Source: Candidatus Melainabacteria bacterium 17Bon1m (GTDB lineage: Bacteria; Cyanobacteriota; Vampirovibrionia; Obscuribacterales; Obscuribacteraceae). From it: a stretch of 64,000 nt of DNA. The stretch lies in assembly GCA_032128875.1 (NCBI GenBank), contig JAVLKG010000003.1, forward strand, positions 513,008 through 577,007, given 5' to 3'. Under the pieces are notes generated by a model. It was not told where the DNA came from, did not search any database, and saw only the letters and a program-made list of their open reading frames with translations. Shown piece after piece: positions 30,076 to 41,058 of the stretch (its first letter is position 1; each line of letters starts with the position of its first letter). A program made the position numbers and the translations under genes.

Positions 30076-30990
30076 TTAATTGGCCGCGCGCGCAATCTCT
30101 TCTGCGTGATACGAGCTTCTTACTAGTGGGCCGGAGTGGACGGTCTTAAAGCCCATGGATAGTGCGATATTGCCCAGGCGATCGAATTCTTCGGGCGTGT
30201 AATATTTGACGACCTGCAGTTGATCGCGACTCGGTCGCAAATACTGTCCCATCGTCATAATATCGATTTCGTGCTCGCGCATGTCACGCATCACACCGAT
30301 GATTTCTTCTTCCGATTCGCCCAGACCGAGCATGATGCCGGACTTAGTAGGGATATAGTCGCAAATTTCTTTGGCGGCCTTGAGCACTTCAAGCGAGCGC
30401 AAATATTTTGATCCAGGGCGGACTTTGCGATAAAGCCTGGGGATGGTTTCGATATTGTGATTGAAAACAACGGGCTCTGCTTCCAGCACCGTCTGGATGC
30501 AATCACGACGTCCTTGAAAGTCTGGCGTAAGTACTTCGACTGCGACTCCCGGAATTGCGTCTTTTAGAGCGCGAATGGTCGCTGCAAAATGACCAGCGCC
30601 TTGATCGGGCAAGTCGTCGCGATTTACTGATGTCAAAACCACATGGCGCAAGCCCATTTGTCGCGAGGCTTCGGCGACTCTTGCCGGCTCGGTCGGATCG
30701 AGCGCATCGGGCAAACCTTTATTGACTGAGCAGAATTTGCAGGTGCGGGTGCAGAGCGGCCCCATAAGTAAGTAGGTGGCTGTGCCCTTCGACCAGCATT
30801 CGCCTTTGTTCGGGCAGCGCCCGCTCTCGCAAATTGTGTTTAAACCTTGTTCTTTTAATATCTTGCGTGTGCCGCGGTTTTCGTCCGTATTCAAAACGGT
30901 TCGCTTGACCCACTCCGGCAAGCGCAATGGTGCTGTTTCTGGCCCCATCTCGAGAATTGCTATGTCGGAATTTTTTTCGTTGTCAGGCAT
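30076..30990 (-). CDS. lipA: lipoyl synthase
   Basis: CESGRCPNKGEC and CTRTCKFC clusters, TSVNRDDL, RSSYHA. Confidence 0.97.
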   Translation of the reverse strand: MPDNEKNSDIAILEMGPETAPLRLPEWVKRTVLNTDENRGTRKILKEQGLNTICESGRCPNKGECWSKGTATYLLMGPLCTRTCKFCSVNKGLPDALDPTEPARVAEASRQMGLRHVVLTSVNRDDLPDQGAGHFAATIRALKDAIPGVAVEVLTPDFQGRRDCIQTVLEAEPVVFNHNIETIPRLYRKVRPGSKYLRSLEVLKAAKEICDYIPTKSGIMLGLGESEEEIIGVMRDMREHEIDIMTMGQYLRPSRDQLQVVKYYTPEEFDRLGNIALSMGFKTVHSGPLVRSSYHAEEIARAAN

Positions 30991-31251
30991 TTTTTCTCTT
31001 TGTTGAACCCGGCGCAATGTGTCGTAATTAGCCGAAAGCAATCTGCAGCCGCCATCATCTTGGCTTGCAACCCAATGATTGTACCTATAGAAACGAAGTT
31101 TCTGGTCCGGCTTAGTTGCAAAATCGGCAACACTTGCCTTCCTGACCCTTGAAAGGGGGTAGAATTTACCCTTCAAACATTTGATAGCGCCTCGGCGAGC
31201 GCCTTCCGGCGACCTTTCGAGTTATTACCAGTCTTTGTGGGAGATGGGGCC

Positions 31252-32058
31252 GTGACTAAACGCAAAACGATTATTGCCGGCAATTGGAAGATGTTCAAAA
31301 CCCGGAAAGAGGCAACCGAGCTTGCCGCAGCAGTTGCCGCCGGGGTTAAGGGAGAAAAGGATCTTCCTGAAGTAGTTCTTATCCCGCCTTTTACCTCTAT
31401 CGAGTCCGCAATCAACGCGGTTAAGGATTCGCCTGTGGCGATCGGCGCCCAAAATATGGACTGGCGCGACAATGGCGCTTTCACGGGCGAAGTCAGCCCG
31501 GTCATGTTGATCGAACTGGGCGTTAAGTACGTCCTCATCGGGCATTCCGAAAGAAGACAATTTTTCGGCGAAACTAATCAGACGGTCAATCAGCGCTTGA
31601 AAGCAGCTCTTGCGCACAAGTTGATCCCGATTGTTTGTGTTGGTGAAACGCTTGACGAGCGAGAGTCTGGTTTGACCGACTCGGTTGTAAGACGGCAGGT
31701 TGCCGCAGCTTTGGCGGAAATTCCGCCGGAAGCTTTGGAAATTATCGTTGTCGCTTACGAGCCAGTCTGGGCAATCGGCACAGGTAAGGTTTGTGAAGCT
31801 GATGAAGCCAATCGCGTGCTTGGTCAAATTCGCGCCACCATTGCCGACCTCTACAAGGAAGGCGGCAAATCGGATTTGGCAGAACAAGTTCCGCTGCTCT
31901 ACGGTGGCTCTGTGAAGCCCTCGACTATCGAAGAGCAAATGTCCAAACCGGAAATCGACGGAGCCCTCGTGGGTGGCGCCAGTTTGAAGGCCGAAGAATT
32001 CCTGCCGCTTATCAAAGCCGGACAGAAGCGCGTCAAAGACTCACTCTCGAAAGTGTAA
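31252..32058 (+). CDS. tpiA: triosephosphate isomerase
   Basis: AGNWKM, GHSERR, AYEPVWAIGTG, YGGSVKP, LVGGASL. Confidence 0.98.
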   Translation: MTKRKTIIAGNWKMFKTRKEATELAAAVAAGVKGEKDLPEVVLIPPFTSIESAINAVKDSPVAIGAQNMDWRDNGAFTGEVSPVMLIELGVKYVLIGHSERRQFFGETNQTVNQRLKAALAHKLIPIVCVGETLDERESGLTDSVVRRQVAAALAEIPPEALEIIVVAYEPVWAIGTGKVCEADEANRVLGQIRATIADLYKEGGKSDLAEQVPLLYGGSVKPSTIEEQMSKPEIDGALVGGASLKAEEFLPLIKAGQKRVKDSLSKV

Positions 32059-32176
32059 ACAACAGAATCGGGTTGTTTGTAACCAGTTACGCCGGTTGTG
32101 TAAACGCGGCGATGCCATGCGTCGAGCGCATAAAATTCTCTCGGCGCTTTCGGATATAATGCCTTCCGGATCACCT

Positions 32177-32264
32177 GGAGAGGTGTCGGAGTGGTCTATC
32201 GTGCAGTCCTGGAAAGACTGTTTGCGTCAAAAGCGCAACGAGGGTTCGAATCCCTCCCTCTCCG
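32177..32264 (+). tRNA. tRNA-Ser(GGA)
   Basis: GGAGAGG acceptor, CAGTC-CTGGAAA-GACTG anticodon arm, long variable arm, GGTTCGAATCC T-arm; TATAAT at 32155-32160. Confidence 0.96.
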
Positions 32265-32703
32265 AGTTTTATTTCGCTAAGCGATAGTCTGGCGCTCGTA
32301 CGAGTTAAGTCATGCTCATACGTGACGGTTTTTATGCGGACATCTGGCACCGCCTGAAAACCTGTCGTAATATCTAAAGAGAAGTCTCTCAATAAGCTCT
32401 GCAAGGAAAGAAAAATGTTGTAGCGAGTCCATGTTCGTCGCCAATCACCGTTTTGTGCGCTCACTGGAAGCCAAACACGGTCGGGTCTCGCGACGCCTGG
32501 ACGGCTGGAGATTTCGAGAATTTTTGAAATCCGCATTCAGTCACAGTTTCACCCCGCGTGTTATTGGTCCTTGCTGTGCGTTGAGTTTTCCCGCCTGATA
32601 ATCAGTTTTCTCTCAAGCGAAAGTCGTGCCAAGACGCCTTTGATTGGTCTGTCGCCTGACGGCGGCTACAGGCTCACACACTCTCAATTAAGTAGGAAAG
32701 AAA

Positions 32704-33762
32704 ATGGAATCGCATTTTGTTGAAAAACTTGAAGAGATAGAAAAGGTTTACAACGAGCTTCAGGAAAAGCTCGCGGCAAACCCTGGCACGACTCAGGATT
32801 ACAGAACTCTGAGAAATTTGGAGAAGACTGTTTCGCTCTTTCATGACTACCAACGAGTGGAAAAGGACATGAAAGGCGCTGAGGATATGGTGCGCAACGA
32901 GACCGACAAAGAGCTCAAAGAAATGGCTGAATCCGAGCTTGCGGGGCTGAGGGAGAGAGAAGAAGATCTCTCGCAACGTCTCAAAATCCAGCTCTTGCCC
33001 AAAGATGCCAATGATGACAAAGACATCATGGTTGAAATCAGGGCAGGCGCCGGTGGTGATGAAGCCTCGATCTTTGCCGGCGATCTGCTGCGCATGTATT
33101 TGCGCTACGCCGACAAAATGGGCTGGACTCCGGAAATTGCCTCGCAGAACGAAGGAGAAGTAGGCGGTTTTAAGGAAGTGATCATCGCTTTTAAAGGTGA
33201 TGGTGCCTACAGTCGCATGAAATTCGAATCAGGCGTTCATCGTGTTCAGCGGGTTCCTGCCACTGAAGCGTCGGGTCGCGTACATACTTCGACAGCAACC
33301 GTGGCGGTAATGCCGGAAGCGGATGAAGTCGATATTCAGCTCAACGACAAGGATCTCGAAATCACAACTATGCGCTCGGGTGGTGCTGGCGGGCAGAACG
33401 TCAACAAGGTAGAAACAGCGGTGCGCATCGTGCACAAACCCTCTGGCCTCATGGTTGCGTGCTCGGAAGAAAGAAGTCAGTTGCAGAATAAAGAACGTGC
33501 CAAACAAATTTTGCGCGCCAAGTTGTACAAAATGGAACTGGAAGCGCAACAAAAGACGCTGATGGACGAGAAGCGCGCTCAGGTGGGCACGGGTGATCGT
33601 TCTGAAAAAATTCGCACTTACAATTTCAAAGACAATCGCATCACCGATCACCGCATCAACCAAAACTTCAATCTACAGTATGTTCTTGAAGGTGATTTAG
33701 AGAAGGTTATTGATGCCAACATCATGGCCGACAACGAACGAAAGCTGAAGGAGTCGCTCTAG
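32704..33762 (+). CDS. prfA: peptide chain release factor 1
   Basis: [20 protein letters not shown] (PxT motif), GAGGQNVNK. Confidence 0.98.
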   Translation: MESHFVEKLEEIEKVYNELQEKLAANPGTTQDYRTLRNLEKTVSLFHDYQRVEKDMKGAEDMVRNETDKELKEMAESELAGLREREEDLSQRLKIQLLPKDANDDKDIMVEIRAGAGGDEASIFAGDLLRMYLRYADKMGWTPEIASQNEGEVGGFKEVIIAFKGDGAYSRMKFESGVHRVQRVPATEASGRVHTSTATVAVMPEADEVDIQLNDKDLEITTMRSGGAGGQNVNKVETAVRIVHKPSGLMVACSEERSQLQNKERAKQILRAKLYKMELEAQQKTLMDEKRAQVGTGDRSEKIRTYNFKDNRITDHRINQNFNLQYVLEGDLEKVIDANIMADNERKLKESL

Positions 33763-34671
33763 TTGTCGTCTGAAGTTGAGCCAGACTCGCTATCTTTTTC
33801 TGAATGCCAAACCATTCGTGAGGCTCGAGAGAAGGTTGTAAAAACGCTCAAAGATGTAGGAATTGAGCGCGTCGAAGTGCGTCGTGAAGCGGATTTGATC
33901 ATCGAGCACGTGACAAGGCTCAGTGCTGTTGAGCGTGAATTGAAATCTGATGAACCGCTCGCACCGGAGGCTCGGCAAGAGCTGGAAATGATTTTGAGTA
34001 GACGCGTAAAGCGTGAGCCTCTGCAGTATTGCTTGGGCTACGGCTGGTTTATGGGAATGCGCGTCGCGGTGCAGCCGGGTGTGTTTATTCCTCGCACCGA
34101 TACGGAAACGCTTTGCGACTTAACGACCAAGCGTCTCTTGAATATGGGCATCACGGGCGAGCTTCGCGTGCTCGAGGTGGGTGTCGGCAGCGGTTGTATC
34201 TCTGTCGCTATGCTGCGCGAGATTCCGAACTTACAGGTCGTCGGCGTTGATGTTTCACAAGACGCACTCGACGCCGCCCGGCTCAACGCGCGCACTTACG
34301 ATGTTTCCTCCAGATTGACTTTGAGCCATTGCGATTTTCGCGAATTCAGTCTCAGTGGTTTTCATGCGATCGTTTCCAATCCTCCTTATATTCCTAAGCC
34401 GATATTCGACAACCTGGAGCCCGAAGTGCGTGATTTCGAGCCGTCTCAGGCACTGATAGGCTGGGGTGAAGATGGGATGGATTTCTATCGTTTGTTTGCG
34501 AATTTTGCTCTGCCTAAACTAATTCCGCCATTCGGATTTGCTGCAGTGGAAGTGGGAGATGGGCAATCCGAGCCTGTCATGAAGATCATGCGCGGCGCTG
34601 GAATGAACAAAGTCGAATGCATTGAAGATGTAAACGGACTGCCGCGTGTCGTGGTCGCGGGAATTGCGTAA
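33763..34671 (+). CDS. prmC: release factor glutamine methyltransferase
   Basis: EPLQY, FIPRTDTE, GVGSGCI, SNPPYI; abuts prfA. Confidence 0.95.
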   Translation: MSSEVEPDSLSFSECQTIREAREKVVKTLKDVGIERVEVRREADLIIEHVTRLSAVERELKSDEPLAPEARQELEMILSRRVKREPLQYCLGYGWFMGMRVAVQPGVFIPRTDTETLCDLTTKRLLNMGITGELRVLEVGVGSGCISVAMLREIPNLQVVGVDVSQDALDAARLNARTYDVSSRLTLSHCDFREFSLSGFHAIVSNPPYIPKPIFDNLEPEVRDFEPSQALIGWGEDGMDFYRLFANFALPKLIPPFGFAAVEVGDGQSEPVMKIMRGAGMNKVECIEDVNGLPRVVVAGIA

Positions 34672-34727
34672 AGAGATGTAAAAAATGAGGTTTTACTGCT
34701 AGAATATTTTAGAAAAGCTCTTATCCG

Positions 34728-35615
34728 GTGATGCTTATGGAAGACGGCATACTCAAGGCGATATCCAACGACGGCACAATAAGAGCAGTAATAGCCACCA
34801 CTACCAGCCTGGTAGAGGAAGCGCGTCAAAGGCACAACCTCTCCTTTACAGCGACAGCAGCCCTCGGTCGAGCAATGACTGCGGGCGTTCTTTTAACTCC
34901 GGTTGTTGCGCGAGAGGGACAGGTAACCTTGAAGTTCCAGGGCAACGGACCTCTGGGCAAAGTCATGGTTGATGCGTCACCAAAGGGCACAGTTAGAGGC
35001 TTTGTAGAAAATCCCCAGGTTGAGTTACCACTGAACTCCCTGGGGAATTTTGATGTTGGGGGGGCAATCGGGTCAACCGGATATTTGCACGTCACTATCG
35101 ATCATGGCTTCGGACGCGCTCATACATCGACTGTCGAATTGGAATCGGGTGAGGTCGGTGAAGACATCAACCGTTATCTTGTCGTCTCGGATCAGACCGG
35201 TTCGATTGTTGTTGTCGGCACTCATATGAACGCTCGTGGCGTGGAGGCAGCCGGTGGGCTCATCGTGCAACTATTGCCGGATCATACGGAAGAGACGATT
35301 TGCCGAATCGAAAACAACATAACCACATTTGGCACCTTCACTTTCCTGATGCGCAGAGGCATGAGTCTCGAGCAAATTCTCGAGCGCATCCTGAGCGGTT
35401 TTGAAGTGGTGCCGATTGGCCGTGCCAAACCTCTCAAGTTTTATTGCAAGTGCTCCAGCGAACGCTTTGAAAAAGCGCTCCGCTGGATGGGCTCCAAAGA
35501 GCTGATCAGCATGGCGGAGGAAGATGGGCAAGCCGAAGGGCGTTGCCATTTTTGCAATGCCGTTTACCTGGTCGGCAAAGACCGCTTGCTGGACCTGGCA
35601 AGAGGCGGCAGCTAG
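34728..35615 (+). CDS. hslO: Hsp33 redox-regulated chaperone
   Basis: AALGR, GNGPLG, SDQ, CKCS...CHFC zinc motif. Confidence 0.95.
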   Translation: MMLMEDGILKAISNDGTIRAVIATTTSLVEEARQRHNLSFTATAALGRAMTAGVLLTPVVAREGQVTLKFQGNGPLGKVMVDASPKGTVRGFVENPQVELPLNSLGNFDVGGAIGSTGYLHVTIDHGFGRAHTSTVELESGEVGEDINRYLVVSDQTGSIVVVGTHMNARGVEAAGGLIVQLLPDHTEETICRIENNITTFGTFTFLMRRGMSLEQILERILSGFEVVPIGRAKPLKFYCKCSSERFEKALRWMGSKELISMAEEDGQAEGRCHFCNAVYLVGKDRLLDLARGGS

Positions 35616-35731
35616 AAGATTAGGAAAATGATCGCGTAGAAAAATCATCGCAGGTAGCCTATTGTTTTTAGGCGCGGGCGCCCGTATTCTAAGCGTCAGC
35701 TCAGCAGCTCATGCACAGAAAACGGCAGCAG

Positions 35732-36307
35732 ATGGCACTTATCAATTACCCGAAGCGTGAAATTGTCTATAAGGTCGTCTATTACGGCACCGGACTTGGT
35801 GGCAAGACTACAAATTTGCGTTATCTGCACGCCAATCTGGACTCTTCTGTCCGGGGTGAGCTTGTGACCGTCGCCACCGAGACGGAGCGCACTCTTTTCT
35901 TCGACTTCATGCCGCTAGATCTCGGAGAAGTCGAGGGGTATAAGGCGCGTTTTGCGCTTTACACAGTCCCTGGCCAAATTGAGTATGGCGAAAGCAGGCG
36001 CATGATTCTTAAAGGCGCCGACGGAATCATCTTTGTCGCAGATTCCAGCGCGGTGCGTCGCCAGGCCAACATCGAAGCTTTGCAGGGAATGATGGATAAC
36101 TTAAAAGAACACAAGCTAAGCCTTACCGGCGTCCCTTGGGTTCTTCAGTACAACAAGCGCGATTTGACCGACGCTTTGCCAATTGAAACGCTTGAGAAGG
36201 ATCTCAATCAGACCAAAGTGCCCTCTTTTGAAGCCGTGGCGACCGAGGGCAAGGCGGTATTCGGGACATTGAAAACCCTCAGCCAAATGGTCGTTCAAAA
36301 ACAATAG
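35732..36307 (+). CDS. mglA: MglA-family small GTPase (paralog 1)
   Basis: [40 protein letters not shown]. Confidence 0.93.
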   Translation: MALINYPKREIVYKVVYYGTGLGGKTTNLRYLHANLDSSVRGELVTVATETERTLFFDFMPLDLGEVEGYKARFALYTVPGQIEYGESRRMILKGADGIIFVADSSAVRRQANIEALQGMMDNLKEHKLSLTGVPWVLQYNKRDLTDALPIETLEKDLNQTKVPSFEAVATEGKAVFGTLKTLSQMVVQKQ

Positions 36308-36429
36308 ATTTTTGCCGGGCTAAATTTAGCCGGCTGGTCAAAACTTTCTTAACCAGACCTTTTCTGTTCTCTTTTGATGAGCAGTTTTTCAGCGCCGGTC
36401 AGGCTTGTAGGATTTTGATAGTAAATCTG

Positions 36430-36462
36430 AAAAACAAAGACAGGCGCACCGGGATGCGCCTG
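36430..36462 (-). terminator. intrinsic terminator downstream of rpmB
   Basis: CAGGCGCA...TGCGCCTG stem (36441-36462) then TCTTTGTTTTT on minus strand. Confidence 0.65.
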
Positions 36463-36502
36463 CAAATTTTATCTGTCACTAAGTCGATGCTTGATGCTCA
36501 GA

Positions 36503-36706
36503 CTAAAGTGCACGCTGGACTTTGCCGGCTTTCAGGCAAGAGGTGCAAACTTTCATCTTTTTGACGGTGTTTTGCAATTTAACTCTGACTGGTTGCAGGT
36601 TTGGCAGCCAGCGTCTCTTGTTGTGTGGGTTCCAGTGAGAACGCAAAAAGGTATAGCTGCGTCCGGTTGACGGACCCTTTTCGCACACATCGCAACGTTT
36701 TGCCAT
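36503..36706 (-). CDS. rpmB: 50S ribosomal protein L28 (zinc-binding form)
   Basis: MAKRCDVCEK...KRRWLPNLQ...VCTSCLKAGKV. Confidence 0.95.
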   Translation of the reverse strand: MAKRCDVCEKGPSTGRSYTFLRSHWNPHNKRRWLPNLQPVRVKLQNTVKKMKVCTSCLKAGKVQRAL

Positions 36707-37211
36707 TTCCCTAATTCCCAAATATTGGTTGGTTTGCCATTTTTAACGCTCTGAGATCACCAGCCGATGGCTTCAGAACGCACCCCTGTCTTGTTTCAGG
36801 GGAGCCAGAAGCCGTCGCCGTCGGCATTTACAGCCGAGGTGATGAGCGGACCGTGAATTTTACCACGAAAGGCTTTGCACGCGAAGTACTTAGGCTGTTT
36901 GTAAGCAGTAAGACCGAAAGGAACATTTACACTAAACCACTCCAACGTCGGCCTTGTACGTGGTAGTCTGTTTTTGGGGTTACAGCTTTGGCTGGCGTTG
37001 TCAGGCAAATAAACCTAACCGGGAAATCAAGCAGCCGTTTTTTGACTGTCTTAATTAACTGTGTCCCCCCCTTCCCCCAGATCGAGATCAATTCTCGTAA
37101 GATCACTTCTAATGCTGTCCCAATCGTGGTATCAATTCCTGTTGTCGCCCCACCGAGCGCTTGAAATCCAAGTGCGTCGTGGCGGAACGGCGTTGGGGTA
37201 GGAAGGCAAGG

Positions 37212-37790
37212 ATGGCTTTAGTAAATTACGCGGCACGCGAAATCAATTGCAAAATCGTCTATTACGGCACCGGTCTTGGTGGCAAAACGACGAATCTTAA
37301 GTACATTCACAGCCAATTGGCTCCGACCACCAGAGGCGAGCTGATTTCTTTGGCGACAGAGACTGAAAGAACCTTGTTCTTCGACTTCTTGCCATTGGAC
37401 TTGGGTTCGGTTCAGGGCTTCAAAACCAGATTCTCTCTTTACACAGTTCCTGGTCAGGTTGAATACAACGCATCCAGAAAACTGATTCTGAATGGTGTAG
37501 ACGGCATCATCTTTGTTGCCGACTCTGACGTCATGCGCTCGAAAGACAATGTCGAGTCCCTTCAAAACATGATTGAGAATTTGGCTGAATACAGCCTGAC
37601 GCTCGACAACATTCCGTGGGTTCTCCAGTACAACAAGCGCGACTTGGCAAACGCAATGCCTATCGAGCGTATGGAGAAAGAGCTCAATATTCGTGGCGTC
37701 CCGAGTTTCGAAGCCGTCGCTTCTGAAGGTCTCGGTGTGTTCGCTACCTTGAAGGCGATTTCCAAGCTGATTCTCAACAGACTTCAGTAA
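37212..37790 (+). CDS. mglA: MglA-family small GTPase (paralog 2)
   Basis: [59 protein letters not shown]. Confidence 0.95.
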   Translation: MALVNYAAREINCKIVYYGTGLGGKTTNLKYIHSQLAPTTRGELISLATETERTLFFDFLPLDLGSVQGFKTRFSLYTVPGQVEYNASRKLILNGVDGIIFVADSDVMRSKDNVESLQNMIENLAEYSLTLDNIPWVLQYNKRDLANAMPIERMEKELNIRGVPSFEAVASEGLGVFATLKAISKLILNRLQ

Positions 37791-37811
37791 TTGGATTCAA
37801 AGCAATTTTGC

Positions 37812-37842
37812 AAGGGGTGCGTAACTGCGCCCCTTTTGTTTT
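37812..37842 (+). terminator. intrinsic terminator after mglA paralog 2
   Basis: AAGGGGTGC-GTAACT-GCGCCCCTT followed by TTGTTTT. Confidence 0.7.
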
Positions 37843-37998
37843 AGGTCCCGTTTCGTTCGCCATGCGATTTGTTTGCGAAAAACCGGCTATCGCGCGCATA
37901 CGTGGCGCATATAAGCGTTTTTTTTCATTGGCGGTTCTGGCGCCGATCTTTTAGTCTTATTGGCATAGGGACTAGTTTTCATTGCCAGGTCTCTTAAT

Positions 37999-40860
37999 TT
38001 GCCAACCAGCACGAGCAACTCAAGACCGACCAGGGAAGCAGAGCTTTCCGCGTTGCGTCGCGCTGTCATTGTAGAAAGGCGGGCACGCTACGCTGACTTC
38101 CAGGGTAAGCGCACGACCTTTTCTACCTTCATGCGCATGACTGCTGAGCGCCTCACCCGAAGGTTTCCAATGGAAACGGTTTGGGTCACGGTTCGTGCGC
38201 TCTTCAGGCAATATCCGAATGTGGATGTGGCGACCAGAATTTCCATTATTCGCCGCACTGAAGAACTTATAGGACCGCTTCTGGAGACAGCTGAGGAGCG
38301 CGAGACGGCGACTGCAGACATCGGTGACATAGATGATGAGTCCGGTGCAATGACCGGGGGCAGTGAGCACGCTGATGAGTCTTCCGGTGACGCTGCTAGT
38401 AAAGCGGTCGGCGAATTGGCAGCGGGAGCTACAAGAATTCGTGACATTAACCGACCCGCTTCCGACTACAGCGATACGAAATCAAGCAAAGAGAAGGCTG
38501 TAAAGTCCTCGCATTCGACGTCAAGCAATCAGTCTTCGACCCAAATATCTAAAAGTTCAGTTACAAACGCAGAGAATTCATCTGAAAAAAAATCGTTGGG
38601 TCAAACCAAGACAAACGGACGTCATGTTGTTTCAGAGCCGGCTCAAACAACTAGTTTTGAGACAGGTGAAAAGCCAAGTATCGTTGCGAGTTCTAGCGCG
38701 GCGGCTGACAAGTCGAAAAAGCACAGCAACGATCCCGCCGAAGTTGGAGTTCAATTTGTAAAAGGTGTTGGACCGAAGATTGCAGCGCTGCTGAAAAATC
38801 TTGGCATCGAGACTGCCGCTGACCTTTTGCGACACTATCCGCGAAAACATTTGGATTTTCAAAATCGCCTTCCCATCCGCCAATTGAAGATTGGCATGGA
38901 AGCCACCGTATTTGCTCAAATCAGGCAGGTGTCTGCTTATCAATCTAAGCGAAGCAACATTTCAATTGTGAATGTTGTCCTTTCGGATGGCACCGGGAGT
39001 TTATCGATTACACGTTTCATCGGTGGCAAAGGCAATAAATATCTGCTTGACCGGTATAAAGATCAGTTTCCAAAAGGCGCAACCGTTATAGCTTCCGGTG
39101 TGGTCGAACGCGATAAGTATTCAAATAAGCTCGCGCTGAAAAACGCTGAAGTTGAAATTCTTGGTGTTCTTGACGAGGGCGGCGGGATTGAAGACCTGCA
39201 AAGCCAAAGCATTCACCTCGGTCGCCTGGTTCCAGTCTATGCTCTTACTGAAGGCCTTAGCCTGCGGTATTTGCGCAACGTCATCAAGAATGCGCTGGAT
39301 GCTTTTGGCGATCATTTAGAAGATCCAGTCCCATCAGACATCAGGCAAAAATTGAACCTGATGGATTTGCGCACGGCGCTCACAAACATGCATTTTCCTG
39401 ATGTGCCTGAGCAGAAAGATGAAGCCAGGCGCCGTCTAGTCTTTGATGAGCTGTTTCAGATACAACTTTTGCTTGCTCGCCGGCGCTACAAATTTGAGCA
39501 AACTGAAAACGCTCTGTCGATTGAGCTTGTTGAAAATGGCTTAGTTAAGGCGCTTGTAGAAAAGCTGCCGTTCTCACTCACTAAGGCTCAGTTAAGGGTG
39601 TTCGGCGAAATCGGTAGAGATTTGGCTTCTCCTAAGCCTATGCATCGCCTTGTTCAAGGTGATGTCGGCTCCGGAAAAACCATTGTCGCCATGATGGCCT
39701 GTTTGGTTGCAGTCGACAACAAGTTTCAAGCCGTGGTTATGGCGCCCACGGAAATTCTTGCTGAGCAGCATTACAAGCAGTTCAAAGAGCGGCTTGCACC
39801 ACTCGGTTTGCGAGTTGGATTTGTGGTTGGAAAACAAGGCGCCAAGGAGCGCCGAGAGGTTTTGCAAGACATTCGCTCCGGTCAGGTTCATGTTGCCGTC
39901 GGAACTCATGCGCTGTTGGAAGATGCGGTTGAGTTTCCCAATCTCGGCTTAATTGTCATTGATGAACAGCATCGTTTTGGGGTAAAACAGCGTGCACGGT
40001 TGAAAGCGAAGAGCATGACGCCGGAGCTTCTAACCATGACTGCGACGCCGATTCCGCGAACACTGGCGCTGACCATGCATGGCGATCTTGATGTTTCTGA
40101 AATCGATGAATTGCCACCTGGCAGAAAGCCGGTCGAGACTAAATTGCTTCGCCCTTCTGAGAAGAAGCAAGCGTATGCGCTGATGAAAGAGCAGATCGAA
40201 AAAGGGCGGCAAGCCTATATTGTCTTCCCTCTCATCGAAGAGTCTGAAAGCCTTTCTGCGAAGGCTGCTACTCAGGAATACGAGAAGCTTAAGGATGGAG
40301 TCTTCAAAGAATTCAAGCTCGGTTTGATGCACGGCAAACTCAAACCGCAAGAGAAAGACGAAATTATGGATCGCTTCCGCAAAGGCGAGTTCCACATTCT
40401 TGTCTCTACAACAGTTATCGAAGTCGGCGTTGACGTCCCCAACTCCACAGTAATGATGATTGAAAACGCGGACCGATTCGGCTTGGCACAGTTGCACCAG
40501 TTGCGTGGACGTGTCGGTAGAGGTGCTGATCAATCGTATTGTTTCCTCGTCGCAGATATGAAGTCAGAACAAACGCGCCATCGTTTGGAAATCATGGAGC
40601 AGACCAATGACGGTTTTGTTGTCGCCGAGCGTGACCTGGAAATCCGCGGACCAGGCGAGTTTACCGGCTATAGACAAAGTGGCTTGCCGGACATGATTCT
40701 TGCTGATCTGGTAAAAGACACGCCAATTTTGGAAGACGCGCGTAACACTGCAATTGAGCTCGTTAAGCGCGATCCGGAGCTAACCGGCTGTCCCGCGCTT
40801 TTGAAAAACATCGAACGCAAAATGTCTTCTATTGAAGGCGATTTAGTAAGGTCTGGCTAA
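37999..40860 (+). CDS. recG: ATP-dependent DNA helicase RecG
   Basis: KGVGPK, QGDVGSGKT, DEQHRFG, TATPIPRTL, LHQLRGRVGRG, DLEIRGPGE; N-terminal extension plus Ser-rich linker. Confidence 0.96.
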   Translation: MPTSTSNSRPTREAELSALRRAVIVERRARYADFQGKRTTFSTFMRMTAERLTRRFPMETVWVTVRALFRQYPNVDVATRISIIRRTEELIGPLLETAEERETATADIGDIDDESGAMTGGSEHADESSGDAASKAVGELAAGATRIRDINRPASDYSDTKSSKEKAVKSSHSTSSNQSSTQISKSSVTNAENSSEKKSLGQTKTNGRHVVSEPAQTTSFETGEKPSIVASSSAAADKSKKHSNDPAEVGVQFVKGVGPKIAALLKNLGIETAADLLRHYPRKHLDFQNRLPIRQLKIGMEATVFAQIRQVSAYQSKRSNISIVNVVLSDGTGSLSITRFIGGKGNKYLLDRYKDQFPKGATVIASGVVERDKYSNKLALKNAEVEILGVLDEGGGIEDLQSQSIHLGRLVPVYALTEGLSLRYLRNVIKNALDAFGDHLEDPVPSDIRQKLNLMDLRTALTNMHFPDVPEQKDEARRRLVFDELFQIQLLLARRRYKFEQTENALSIELVENGLVKALVEKLPFSLTKAQLRVFGEIGRDLASPKPMHRLVQGDVGSGKTIVAMMACLVAVDNKFQAVVMAPTEILAEQHYKQFKERLAPLGLRVGFVVGKQGAKERREVLQDIRSGQVHVAVGTHALLEDAVEFPNLGLIVIDEQHRFGVKQRARLKAKSMTPELLTMTATPIPRTLALTMHGDLDVSEIDELPPGRKPVETKLLRPSEKKQAYALMKEQIEKGRQAYIVFPLIEESESLSAKAATQEYEKLKDGVFKEFKLGLMHGKLKPQEKDEIMDRFRKGEFHILVSTTVIEVGVDVPNSTVMMIENADRFGLAQLHQLRGRVGRGADQSYCFLVADMKSEQTRHRLEIMEQTNDGFVVAERDLEIRGPGEFTGYRQSGLPDMILADLVKDTPILEDARNTAIELVKRDPELTGCPALLKNIERKMSSIEGDLVRSG

Positions 40861-41058
40861 AAGCCGGCTGGTTACTAAAATAAAGGGTCAGCTCGTGAGC
40901 AGACCCTCGTAGTCAACATGCAGAAAAAAAACTAGTGTTCCTTCCTCATCGTAGCAATGGACTCTTGCAAAATGCTTGCTCGAAACAAAATGCAGCGACG
41001 CAAGGATTTCGCAAGTTGAATGGTGGCAATAATGTGCCACCACTATGGAGGAATTGTT

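Noticed and set aside
32265-32703. Intergenic gap after tRNA-Ser as an integrated element or small gene
   Set aside because: No att repeat or convincing ORF; the 121-aa minus ORF overlaps the tRNA
36790-37060. tmRNA or RNase P candidate
   Set aside because: No tRNA-like ends, no Ala-Ala-ending tag, no GAGGAAAGTCC core
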